Assembly: GCA_041738755.1 (NCBI GenBank)
Contig: JBGSPE010000005.1
Coordinates: 79,872-143,871, forward strand
DNA from: Minisyncoccia bacterium
GTDB lineage: Bacteria > Patescibacteriota > Minisyncoccia > Phycocordibacterales > UBA918
Reading direction: 5' to 3'
DNA: 64,000 nucleotides
The notes under the pieces were generated by a model. The model was not told where the DNA came from, did no database searches, and saw nothing but the letters and a program-made list of their open reading frames with translations. The translations under genes and the position numbers were made by a program. How positions within the stretch are numbered: the stretch's first letter is position 1; each line of letters begins with the position of its first letter. Positions 41,022-49,401 of this stretch are shown piece by piece.

Positions 41022-42236
41022 ATGAGAATACAAGATCTAGCCCAGCTTTCAACCAGAATGTTTAAAACGAATCCACTCCGTACGTGGCTGACAATTTTAG
41101 GTATGGGAGTAGGTACAGGGGCGGTGGTGGTTTTGGTGGGGCTAGGGTTTGGCTTGCAGCAGATTATTCTTGAACAGATTGTGTTTGGAGAAACACTGCT
41201 TTCTTTGGGAGTTTCTTCAACTGGAGCGCAAGGTCTCTCACTGACGCCTGATACGGTTACCCAGTTTGAAAGTAATCCGGCGGTTCTTGATGCTGCGCCG
41301 CTCGCTCGCTTCCCAGCACTTATAACCTATAAGGGATTAACGGGAAATGTATTCGTACAGGGGGTTGAGCCGCCCTACCTACGGTACGCAGGAGTGACAG
41401 CTGAAGTTGGAGAGGTCTTCTTGGAAGAGGATGCTGGTGATACTAGTAGCATTATGTTGTCGCCAGCCGTTCTTAAGCTGTTCGGGATTGAGGATACAGA
41501 AATTGCAAATTTTATTGGAGAGCGCGTTTCGATTCGTCTGCTTGTACCGGCTGATGATGGAACAGAAAATGTTAACGAGATTATTATTGATAAAGAATAC
41601 ACCGTAAAGGGAGTCACCAAAGAACAAGGGGTGTTAAACGCCATGATGATGCTTCCAGAATTACGTAATTACGTTGGTATTGAAGAATACGAACGAATTC
41701 AAGTACGGGTTGATACCAATGAAAACTTGCCGCTCGTTGAAGAGCAGTTAATTGAAGAAGGCTATCGTGTGACGGCGCTTTCAAAGACGGTTGAACAAGC
41801 ATCACAAATTTTCCAAGGAATTCAGGCCGTGCTGGCGACGTTTGGCGGTATAGCGTTACTCGTATCTGCGATTGGTATGTTCAACACCATGACTGTGACA
41901 TTGCTTGAGCGAACGAAAGAGATTGGAATTATGCGTACCATTGGTGCGTCACCAAACGACGTTAAGTACCTCTTCGTATCTGAGTCAGTAGTTGTAGGGT
42001 TTATGGGGGGAGTGACTGGTATCGCTATGGGGGTCACCTTTGGAGTAGCGATAAATATTTTCCTCAACGTGCTGGCTGGGCAGTTTGGTGGACAGGCAGT
42101 ATCACTCTTTTCATTTCCCCTTAACTTTTTGCTCTTCATCGCAATCTTTTCGGCTGGGGTAGGGTACCTGACGGGTATTTTTCCAGCCAGACGAGCTTCA
42201 ACCCTCAATCCACTTGATGCGATTAGGTATGAATAA
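41022..42236 (+). CDS. FtsX/MacB-type ABC permease with TM1, a large extracytoplasmic domain and three C-terminal TMs
   Basis: The topology, and C-terminal TM helices with conserved Gly residues, are typical of the FtsX-like permease family. It is adjacent to the ABC ATPase, 11 nt downstream. Confidence 0.7.
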   Translation: MRIQDLAQLSTRMFKTNPLRTWLTILGMGVGTGAVVVLVGLGFGLQQIILEQIVFGETLLSLGVSSTGAQGLSLTPDTVTQFESNPAVLDAAPLARFPALITYKGLTGNVFVQGVEPPYLRYAGVTAEVGEVFLEEDAGDTSSIMLSPAVLKLFGIEDTEIANFIGERVSIRLLVPADDGTENVNEIIIDKEYTVKGVTKEQGVLNAMMMLPELRNYVGIEEYERIQVRVDTNENLPLVEEQLIEEGYRVTALSKTVEQASQIFQGIQAVLATFGGIALLVSAIGMFNTMTVTLLERTKEIGIMRTIGASPNDVKYLFVSESVVVGFMGGVTGIAMGVTFGVAINIFLNVLAGQFGGQAVSLFSFPLNFLLFIAIFSAGVGYLTGIFPARRASTLNPLDAIRYE

Positions 42237-42325
42237 GATGTGTATATGTGTGTATAACTATGTGCATATACGAAACGTTTTTAGGTAAAATAGTAGTAAA
42301 CAAAAGTTATTTATAAATTATTATT

Positions 42326-44206
42326 ATGTTGTACAACAAAACGGAGCTTCCAAATTTAATGAACACTGCAGGAAAGATAACCATTACTACCGCTATAGCC
42401 GGCGTTGTCGTGTTTGCCTTTGCTCTTATGTTTGACGTCGGTACTACCGAACTGAGTCGAGTATCAGCTCAAACAGCGTCTACTACACTGACGGTGCTCA
42501 ATACACCTCCAGCATTTGTGGTGAATGCCTATGAGGTAATTGAGTCATCAACCACCACTCCAACCAACTCCGGTGACGTCGTTCAGTGGGCAGCTGTAGC
42601 AAACGATAGTAACGGTGCCCCATACTTCCTCCTTGTCTGTGACACCAACGCGACACCAACCGCTCGAGCTGCTGCTGATATCGGTTCACTTGGGACAAAC
42701 CCTCCAGTTTGTAGTTCAACTAGTACCGTACAGTGGGGTGTGTCAGCCGCTACTCCAAGCGATGCCTTGGCGACAGTTTCAACTACCACAACCGAGGGCT
42801 TTGCTGAGTCCAACAACTGGTACGCCTGGGTATGTGACGATGATCCTTTCAATCCGCGATGTAATAACATTCCCGTTCAAGGCTTCAGTGCCACCAACTC
42901 CTCTCCGTTTTATGTAAACCACCGACCAGTATTCTCTGCCTTTGGGAACAACGGTCCAGTTGACCCGGGAGGAACTCTCACCTTCACTTCGACTTCATCA
43001 GATCCGGACGTAGTGACTAGCCCCGACACCATCAGACTAGTCGTGTGTTCATCACCAACTGAATACAACATCACTACCAATAACTGTAACTCTGGATTTG
43101 GTATTGCTTCAAGCACCGTCGGCGTAACTACCGACGCCTCAGCCCAAGCGGTTATGGCGGCTATCATGCAAGACGATGACTACCCAGCCTACGGATTTAT
43201 TGTTGACCAACACGGACATGAAGCTGCAGCCAACGGAATTAATGAAGATTTCACCGTAAACAACGTCGCGCCAGTGGTACTTGGTGGTGACATCATTCTC
43301 AACGATGTTGATGATTTACTGCTAACTGTAGAAGGTGGTGAGACTACTGGATTCACACTAGAGTTCACCGTCACCGATGCAAACAGTTGTCAAAACGCTC
43401 TGGGTGGAGCTGAAATTACTGGTTATGCTGCCTCAGTGTTCCGTAGCAGTATTGGAAGTAGTACCTGCAATGGTCTAACTGGAGTCTATAATCCAAACAA
43501 CTGTTACCCAAGTAACGCTGCTACTACAACTTGGAACCTCTCATGTACACCATCTGCCTGTGGCGGTCCTACGACTAATAACATTGAGTACTCATGTACC
43601 TTCCCACTGTGGTTTGTGGCTGACCCGACTGACGAAGCAAACACTGATATTCCTGCAATTCTCGGTAATGATAGTTGGTCAGCTGCAGTTGGAGGGATTG
43701 ACGATAACGCCTTGATCGGAGTCATCGCTACCTCAACCGGTGTCAAAAACCTCATCAGTTTGACGGCCCTCGACCTTCTTTCTGCTGAAATTCCCTACGG
43801 CTCACTTGAACCTGGCGAAAACACTGGGACACTTGATGCAACTACTATCGTTCGTTCGGTAGGAAACACTGGTCTTGACCAAGAGTTGCGAGGAACGTCT
43901 ATGTGTGGAGGATTTACTGTACTTGTACCTTGTGCTCCAAACCCTGCAGCAACCATTCCTGAAGACCAACAACAGTTCTCAACTACAAGTCTGGCCTACA
44001 ATAGTCCACTTGCCTTATCACTTTCTTCAACAACAGATACTGAGCTTGAGTTAAACGTTGCTAAGTCAATCAGTACCTCAACACCGAACTCAGGTACTAC
44101 CTACTGGGGAATCGAGGTACCACTTTCTATCACGCTCGCCGGGGCATACTCTGGACTTAACACGTTCACTGCGGTGACAGCTGAAGCGGCTGACTGGGGT
44201 TACTAG
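42326..44206 (+). CDS. Secreted Cys-rich surface protein whose C-terminal domain is homologous to the C-terminus of the giant protein
   Basis: N-terminal signal anchor present. The C-terminal ~250 aa (FVADPTDE ... IPYGSL ... NTGLDQE ... DQQQFSTTSLAYNS ... TYWGIEVP) align with the giant's C-terminus (FHADPTDT ... IDYGAL ... EQQKFATSTFNYS ... VYWGIAIP). Confidence 0.6.
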   Translation: MLYNKTELPNLMNTAGKITITTAIAGVVVFAFALMFDVGTTELSRVSAQTASTTLTVLNTPPAFVVNAYEVIESSTTTPTNSGDVVQWAAVANDSNGAPYFLLVCDTNATPTARAAADIGSLGTNPPVCSSTSTVQWGVSAATPSDALATVSTTTTEGFAESNNWYAWVCDDDPFNPRCNNIPVQGFSATNSSPFYVNHRPVFSAFGNNGPVDPGGTLTFTSTSSDPDVVTSPDTIRLVVCSSPTEYNITTNNCNSGFGIASSTVGVTTDASAQAVMAAIMQDDDYPAYGFIVDQHGHEAAANGINEDFTVNNVAPVVLGGDIILNDVDDLLLTVEGGETTGFTLEFTVTDANSCQNALGGAEITGYAASVFRSSIGSSTCNGLTGVYNPNNCYPSNAATTTWNLSCTPSACGGPTTNNIEYSCTFPLWFVADPTDEANTDIPAILGNDSWSAAVGGIDDNALIGVIATSTGVKNLISLTALDLLSAEIPYGSLEPGENTGTLDATTIVRSVGNTGLDQELRGTSMCGGFTVLVPCAPNPAATIPEDQQQFSTTSLAYNSPLALSLSSTTDTELELNVAKSISTSTPNSGTTYWGIEVPLSITLAGAYSGLNTFTAVTAEAADWGY

Positions 44207-44239
44207 AAGAACATATATTAGGACACATAAATAGTCGAC

Positions 44240-44278
44240 AATAACCACTGTTATCCAGCAGTGGTTATTGATTTTTTA
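44240..44278 (+). terminator. Intrinsic terminator: 11-bp stem (aataaccactg / cagtggttatt), 8-nt loop, then gatttttt
   Basis: Read directly from the sequence, immediately after the stop at 44206. Confidence 0.8.
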
Positions 44279-44298
44279 GACTAAGTTACGGATAATTA

Positions 44299-45264
44299 GT
44301 GAACGTCTCCATGGGGGTATTTTTATACAAATCATTACTGGGAGTATTGCTAGTCGCGGTCTTTTTTATAAGCACTGGTGCTCAGTTTGTGCATGCTGGT
44401 TTTGGTATTACACCACCCTATGTGAGTAACACGAGTCTCACCAGGAACTCTATCTATGAGCAGCAAATCCTGCTTGTGCGTGGTGATCCTAATACGGCGC
44501 AAAATGCTGAAATTGTGGTTGATGCGCCTGAGATTGCTTCATGGATTGAAGTCATTGAAGGTGACGTTATCAGTCTTCCTCGCGGTGAACAAAAGGTTCC
44601 TATGACGGTACGGGTTACGGTACCAGCTGATGCTGAGTTCAAGACGTACCAAGGTTCTATTCGAATTCGAACGGTACCCGAAAGTGGTGAGGTAACTCAA
44701 GGAGCCGTAAATATTTCCCTAGGAGCCCTCGTCGATATTGATTTGACTGTTATTGATAGAGAAATTAAAGACTTTAGATTACGACGGGTATCTGTGGATG
44801 AACTAAATGAGGGAACGAAATTCTTGTGGTTGTTTTTCCCAGGAAAAGTTCGCTTTGATATGGCTGTAGAAAATATTGGAAACGTTGATGTTGCCCCATC
44901 AAAAGTTGACCTCAGAATCTATGATAGATCAGGAAAAGTATTGCTCGAAGAAACAGATAATATTGGGAGAGTAAAACGCATTAAACCGTACGCAACTGAA
45001 ACCGTCACTGCCAACATTCCAACCAGACTACCAGCAGGGAGTTACATTGCTCGTTACCGAGTTTACAATGATGATGAAGTCAAACAAGAAGGTGACTTGA
45101 GTATGAATATCCGTCCAGCTGGTACGCTTGAAACCGCTGGCTTTGGGTTCATTGGTTTATCAATGGCGCACAAAATATCAATCCTTCTCCCAATCTTCTC
45201 TCTTATAATTGCCGGACTGTACCTCTATCGTTCTCTACGGTCTAAACGACGACGAGGTTCTTAG
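44299..45264 (+). CDS. TM-anchored DUF916/DUF3324-like surface protein (family B paralog). GTG start at 44299, alternative ATG at 44311.
   Basis: Signal peptide, beta-rich ectodomain (DMAVENIGNVDVAPSKVDLRIYD; AGSYIARYRVYNDDE), C-terminal TM and an RSKRRRGS basic tail. Confidence 0.5.
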   Translation: MNVSMGVFLYKSLLGVLLVAVFFISTGAQFVHAGFGITPPYVSNTSLTRNSIYEQQILLVRGDPNTAQNAEIVVDAPEIASWIEVIEGDVISLPRGEQKVPMTVRVTVPADAEFKTYQGSIRIRTVPESGEVTQGAVNISLGALVDIDLTVIDREIKDFRLRRVSVDELNEGTKFLWLFFPGKVRFDMAVENIGNVDVAPSKVDLRIYDRSGKVLLEETDNIGRVKRIKPYATETVTANIPTRLPAGSYIARYRVYNDDEVKQEGDLSMNIRPAGTLETAGFGFIGLSMAHKISILLPIFSLIIAGLYLYRSLRSKRRRGS

Positions 45265-45267
45265 TCT

Positions 45268-46371
45268 ATGCCCTTATTACTAATCATTGTACTTTTAGGC
45301 GCAACGGCTGTATTTCCTTCGACACTCACTGCACAGTCATTTGCGACCACTACGTTGAGCCTCAGTATCTGCGGTAACTTAATTGTAGATGATGGCGAGC
45401 AGTGTGATATTCCGGGTGAGACGGGTCAGTACAGTCAAACCATTGTCGGTCGACAATGCACCGCCGAATGTAACTTTGGACCGTATTGTGGTGATGGTAT
45501 TTTACAGACTGTCTTTGGCGAGACGTGTGATGATGGTAACAACGAAAACGGTGACTTCTGTTCCGCTATCTGTGCTATAGAGCCAGCTGGTTCCGGTGGT
45601 GGAGGGTCTTCCGGCGGAGGGTCTGGCGGCGGTGGAGGGAGTAATCGTGAGCAAGGTGAGACTCAGGTAAATATCCGCGGTCGTGCCTATCCATCAAGAA
45701 CAATAAACTTTTTACTTGATTCTGAATCGGTTGGTTCGGTTCAATCAAATAGTACAGGAGCTTTTGAATTCACTACTGAAGCTTCGCCTGGTACAGCAAC
45801 CCTCGGAATTTGGGCAAATGACAGTTCTGGTACCCGCTCTATCACGTTGAATAACACCTTCGATGTAACCCAAGGAGCAATCACTAATATTAATGGTGTC
45901 GTACTGCCGCCAACGATTAGAATCGCTAATCAAAATGTTGATCCTGGGACACCGGTGATTGTCTCTGGGCAATCAGTTCCAAATGCTACCGTTGAATTAA
46001 ACGTTGACAATAGTGCAATCATTGAGACAACCACGGCCGGAGCCAACGGACAGTGGAGTATTACCTTGGCTGGCGGTCGTTTGTCAGTAGCAGCCCACAC
46101 CTTACGAGCGCGTACCATAACCGGCACAGCTCCGACTACGATACAATCGAGTTTTAGTAATTCACTACAGGTGTTTGTTGGTGTTGATGGTCAAGCTAGT
46201 ACACCGTCTGACTTGAGTCGTGATGGTCGGGTAAATCTTACCGACTTCTCAATACTTATTTTTTGGTGGCAGACAAATGGAGGAGATTCTGACCCGCCGG
46301 CTGATATCAATGGCAACGGAAGAGTTAGTCTCGAAGACTTCTCGATCCTTTTGTTTAATTGGTCGGGTTAA
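45268..46371 (+). CDS. Secreted protein with Myxococcus-type Cys-rich repeats, a Gly-rich linker, Ig-like domains and a C-terminal dockerin
   Basis: CGNLIVDDGEQCD and CGDGILQTVFGETCDDGNNENGDFCSAIC match the CGDG...ECDDGN...GDGCS repeat. The C-terminal DLSRDGRVNLTDFSILIFWW ... DINGNGRVSLEDFSILLFNW is a duplicated dockerin segment. Confidence 0.75.
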   Translation: MPLLLIIVLLGATAVFPSTLTAQSFATTTLSLSICGNLIVDDGEQCDIPGETGQYSQTIVGRQCTAECNFGPYCGDGILQTVFGETCDDGNNENGDFCSAICAIEPAGSGGGGSSGGGSGGGGGSNREQGETQVNIRGRAYPSRTINFLLDSESVGSVQSNSTGAFEFTTEASPGTATLGIWANDSSGTRSITLNNTFDVTQGAITNINGVVLPPTIRIANQNVDPGTPVIVSGQSVPNATVELNVDNSAIIETTTAGANGQWSITLAGGRLSVAAHTLRARTITGTAPTTIQSSFSNSLQVFVGVDGQASTPSDLSRDGRVNLTDFSILIFWWQTNGGDSDPPADINGNGRVSLEDFSILLFNWSG

Positions 46372-46864
46372 AATTTGTATTTTTAGTCATGATTTAGTTC
46401 TCGGTTCCAGGAATCTACTTTAGGAAAGAAGCAGATTCGGAACTGACCTAGATTTAAAAAGCATTTGCGATTATTAAATCGGAAATGCCCTTGTGGTGAA
46501 ATTCAGAATACCCCAGGGTACTTTCTCTTGATTTCCTCGAAATCAATTCACCTTGTAGTCGTTTTTCTCCTACTCACATTTAAATTGGTCAGGATAAATC
46601 ATCGCCGCTGCGATGATTTTTGTGTATAAGTGTAAAATTATTTTTTTGTACTCGAGTACAATGAATACGTATCTGCACGGGAGGTAATCAATTAGTATTA
46701 CTGCAGTTGAGTTATATCAGCTGGGCCCTTCAGCCGAGGGTTACTGCGCAGATGTACTTACAGAATATTTCAAATGAGGGAGTGGAGACCCTCTTTTGTA
46801 CGAAGTAATTCGTCCGTCACAGTCTTCGGGCTTCTACGGTCTGTAAGGTAATACAACGTAGAGT

Positions 46865-48022
46865 ATGTTTAGAGCGTCCAACGCGTTCTCACTACTCCAA
46901 GCTCTCGCAGCGATTGTTGGCTTCGCGATCATTTTATGGTCACTTGGTCTTCCATCACTCCGCTTCGCGGAAGCTGCAAATGTCATCTCGTTTAGCGACA
47001 CCCTATCGGACGCAAATCCGAATACGGCCGCTAATCACACAATTTCTTTCGCAACCCCTTCTGGTCTCAGTGCTGGTGATACTATCACCATCAACTTTGA
47101 AGCAGGAGAGTTCGGAGGACTAGATAGTCTCGACGACGGAGACTTTGACCTCGCAATCGATGGTGTCGATCAAGATCTAGCAGGTGCTGCTGCCGGGGCA
47201 ACCTGGGGCGTTACAGCTGCTGGAGATGTTGTCACTATTGAAAGCGGTACCGAAGCAATTGGGAGCGGTGCTACCGTCACTATTGAAATTGGTACCAACG
47301 CAACGCATCAGTCAAATGGTGTAAACCAAATCATTAACCCACTTACCCCTACGTCATATTCACTTGACTTAGTATTTGGTAACGACGGTACAAATAATGA
47401 TACAGGCAGCACTTTGGTTGCTATCGTTGACGATGTTACGGTCACTGCTTCAGTTGATACTATCTTCTCGTTCACTGTTGATGGAGTTGTAGCTACCACA
47501 TCGGTTAATACAGCTGACACAACAGGTGGCGATACCACTGCAACCACAATTCCATTTGGAACTTTGGAAGCAGATACCGCGAGCACTGCTGCGCAGGCAC
47601 TACAAGTACAAACAAATGCCGCCAACGGCTTTGTGGTTACCGTAGAAACTAACCAGCAACTAACTTCTGGTAACGGTGCGGATATTGATGGCTTCTCTAA
47701 CGGAGCCTTCACTGGCACACCGATATTGTGGGAAAGTCCAACAGCATCGCCTGGATCAGAAAATTCATACGGTCACTGGGGCCTATCATCAACTGATACC
47801 TCGCTGACAGATGGATTGAATGACTTCTTTGACGGTGGTGACAATTTTGTCTCTGCTTCAACTACACCAGTTGAAGTCTTCCGACATGATGGTCCAACTG
47901 ATGGTTCACCTGCGAATGAAGGTAATACCACAGTAATCTACAAGGTCGAAATCTCTGCTTTGCAAGAAGCAGCGAGCGACTACACCGCTACACTGACATA
48001 TGTAGCAACCCCAGTGTTCTAA
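46865..48022 (+). CDS. Secreted family-A surface protein with the head domain and a WxL-like C-terminus (paralog of the product of 8096)
   Basis: SDTLSDANPNTAANHTISF ... INFEAGEF at the N-terminus; FGTL ... YGHWGLSSTD ... YTATLTYVATPVF at the C-terminus. Confidence 0.55.
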   Translation: MFRASNAFSLLQALAAIVGFAIILWSLGLPSLRFAEAANVISFSDTLSDANPNTAANHTISFATPSGLSAGDTITINFEAGEFGGLDSLDDGDFDLAIDGVDQDLAGAAAGATWGVTAAGDVVTIESGTEAIGSGATVTIEIGTNATHQSNGVNQIINPLTPTSYSLDLVFGNDGTNNDTGSTLVAIVDDVTVTASVDTIFSFTVDGVVATTSVNTADTTGGDTTATTIPFGTLEADTASTAAQALQVQTNAANGFVVTVETNQQLTSGNGADIDGFSNGAFTGTPILWESPTASPGSENSYGHWGLSSTDTSLTDGLNDFFDGGDNFVSASTTPVEVFRHDGPTDGSPANEGNTTVIYKVEISALQEAASDYTATLTYVATPVF

Positions 48023-48056
48023 CGAATATTGGCTCTAAGCTTGGAGTTAAAAGACA

Positions 48057-48090
48057 AAAAACCCTATCTCCCACCACGAGAAGGGTTTTT
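48057..48090 (+). terminator. A/T-flanked hairpin (aaaaccct ... agggtttttt); bidirectional terminator-like
   Basis: Lies 35 nt after the stop at 48022. A second hairpin, ttgtatgt-cggacgcccaac-acatacaa, follows at 48089-48116. Confidence 0.5.
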
Positions 48091-48295
48091 TGTATGTCGG
48101 ACGCCCAACATACAAGACCCTTCAGTCGTGGCGGGCCGGTCTACGACCGCTGTACACCTTGTCGCTGATTTATTCGCAAGCTCTTAAATCACCTGGCAAG
48201 GTGAAGGTGAATTTTTCTAAAAGAAAAAGAGAGGCTGCCCTGGGGTACTTGCGAAAATCTCCCAGATTTTCTCACGAGAAGGGTTTTTTGTATGT
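48075..48295 (+). repeat. Exact 23-bp direct repeat, cacgagaagggttttttgtatgt, at 48075-48097 and 48273-48295
   Basis: Two identical copies about 198 bp apart in the 48023-48342 intergenic region. Each overlaps a hairpin plus T-run. Confidence 0.7.
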
Positions 48296-48342
48296 GAACA
48301 GCTTGCGTAAAAAGTATTACTGAACACTGGTATACTAAGCGG

Positions 48343-49401
48343 ATGATGAGTTATAAAACGGCTATTTTTGCTGTTACCCTGGTAGGTAATTTTTTGCTGT
48401 TCACAACTTCAGCGTCAGCCGCATCACTCTATATCGACCCTGCGGTGTCAAACGTGCTTCGTGGTGACACTATTAATCTCTTGGTGAGACTAGACACCGA
48501 TGAAGCTGCCGGTGAATGTGTAAATGCTGTTGATGGGGTCATAACCTACTCTGAAAACGTTGACCTCGTAGATGTCTCAACCGGAGATTCTATTTTTAGT
48601 ATTTGGATTGAACAACCCGTTATTGATAAAGCCAACCGTACGGTCACGTTCGCTGGCGGAATTCCTAATGGCTACTGCGGACGTGTTGATGGTGACCCGA
48701 GACTCACCAATACCATTATCAAGATGGTGTTCCGTTCACCGGGTTTTAGTATTGGCGGCGGTGATACGGGGACTACTGCCCGAGTTGATTTTGATCCGGC
48801 AACAACTGCATATTTAAATGATGGTCAAGGTACGACTGCCACACTAACTACGTACGGGGCACAAATCGAACTCGCTACAGGTCCGGGATTACAGATTGAT
48901 GACAAATGGCGAGATGAAGTCGCGGCTGATACCGTTCCACCGGCACAATTCAGTATTGCGCTTGAGAAGGACAGAGTCGCCTTTGGGGGTAAATACTTTA
49001 TCGTCTTTAATACTACTGACAAACAAACTGGTATTGATCAATATCAGGTTATTGAAGAACCACTCTCAAAATTAGGCTCATTTGAGTGGGGGAGAGCAGA
49101 CGCACCATGGGTAACAACTCGTAGTCCGTACGTACTTGAGGATCAGTCGCTCAACAGCATTATTCGGGTGAAAGCAATTGATAAGGCGGGTAATGAATAC
49201 ATCGCAACCTTGATACCTGATGAGTCACTCCAGTCTTACTCGTTGACACAGATTATTGTCTTCGGCGCAGCGGTGGTAATTGGGTTGTTACTGCTTGGAA
49301 TTGCCGTTACCTTTGTACGGAATCTGCGACGTCGCAAAAAAGCCAGTCCTGAACAATTGACAGACGATGACACTAATGAAATACATCATGAAAATAACTA
49401 A
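48343..49401 (+). CDS. Cohesin-domain protein with a C-terminal TM anchor and a short charged tail
   Basis: Signal peptide present. The cohesin-like domain spans about 48421-48790 (SLYIDPAVSNVLRGDTINLLVRLDTDEAAGECVNAVDGVITYSENVDLVDVSTGDSIFSIW). TM is IIVFGAAVVIGLLLLGIAVTFV. Confidence 0.55.
   Translation: MMSYKTAIFAVTLVGNFLLFTTSASAASLYIDPAVSNVLRGDTINLLVRLDTDEAAGECVNAVDGVITYSENVDLVDVSTGDSIFSIWIEQPVIDKANRTVTFAGGIPNGYCGRVDGDPRLTNTIIKMVFRSPGFSIGGGDTGTTARVDFDPATTAYLNDGQGTTATLTTYGAQIELATGPGLQIDDKWRDEVAADTVPPAQFSIALEKDRVAFGGKYFIVFNTTDKQTGIDQYQVIEEPLSKLGSFEWGRADAPWVTTRSPYVLEDQSLNSIIRVKAIDKAGNEYIATLIPDESLQSYSLTQIIVFGAAVVIGLLLLGIAVTFVRNLRRRKKASPEQLTDDDTNEIHHENN

Noticed and set aside
48090-48323. A 77-aa intergenic ORF from the ORF track.
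   Set aside because: It spans two terminator hairpins and the 23-bp direct repeat, has no RBS, and has a basic low-complexity sequence. It is most likely non-coding.
49367-49401. Overlapping ORF ends, 48343-49401 vs 49367-51145 and 60520-61551 vs 61472-62767, that could indicate a frameshifted pseudogene.
   Set aside because: The frames differ, and each downstream gene has an internal ATG (49388; 61508) followed by a plausible signal peptide. Short start/stop overlaps are the simpler explanation.
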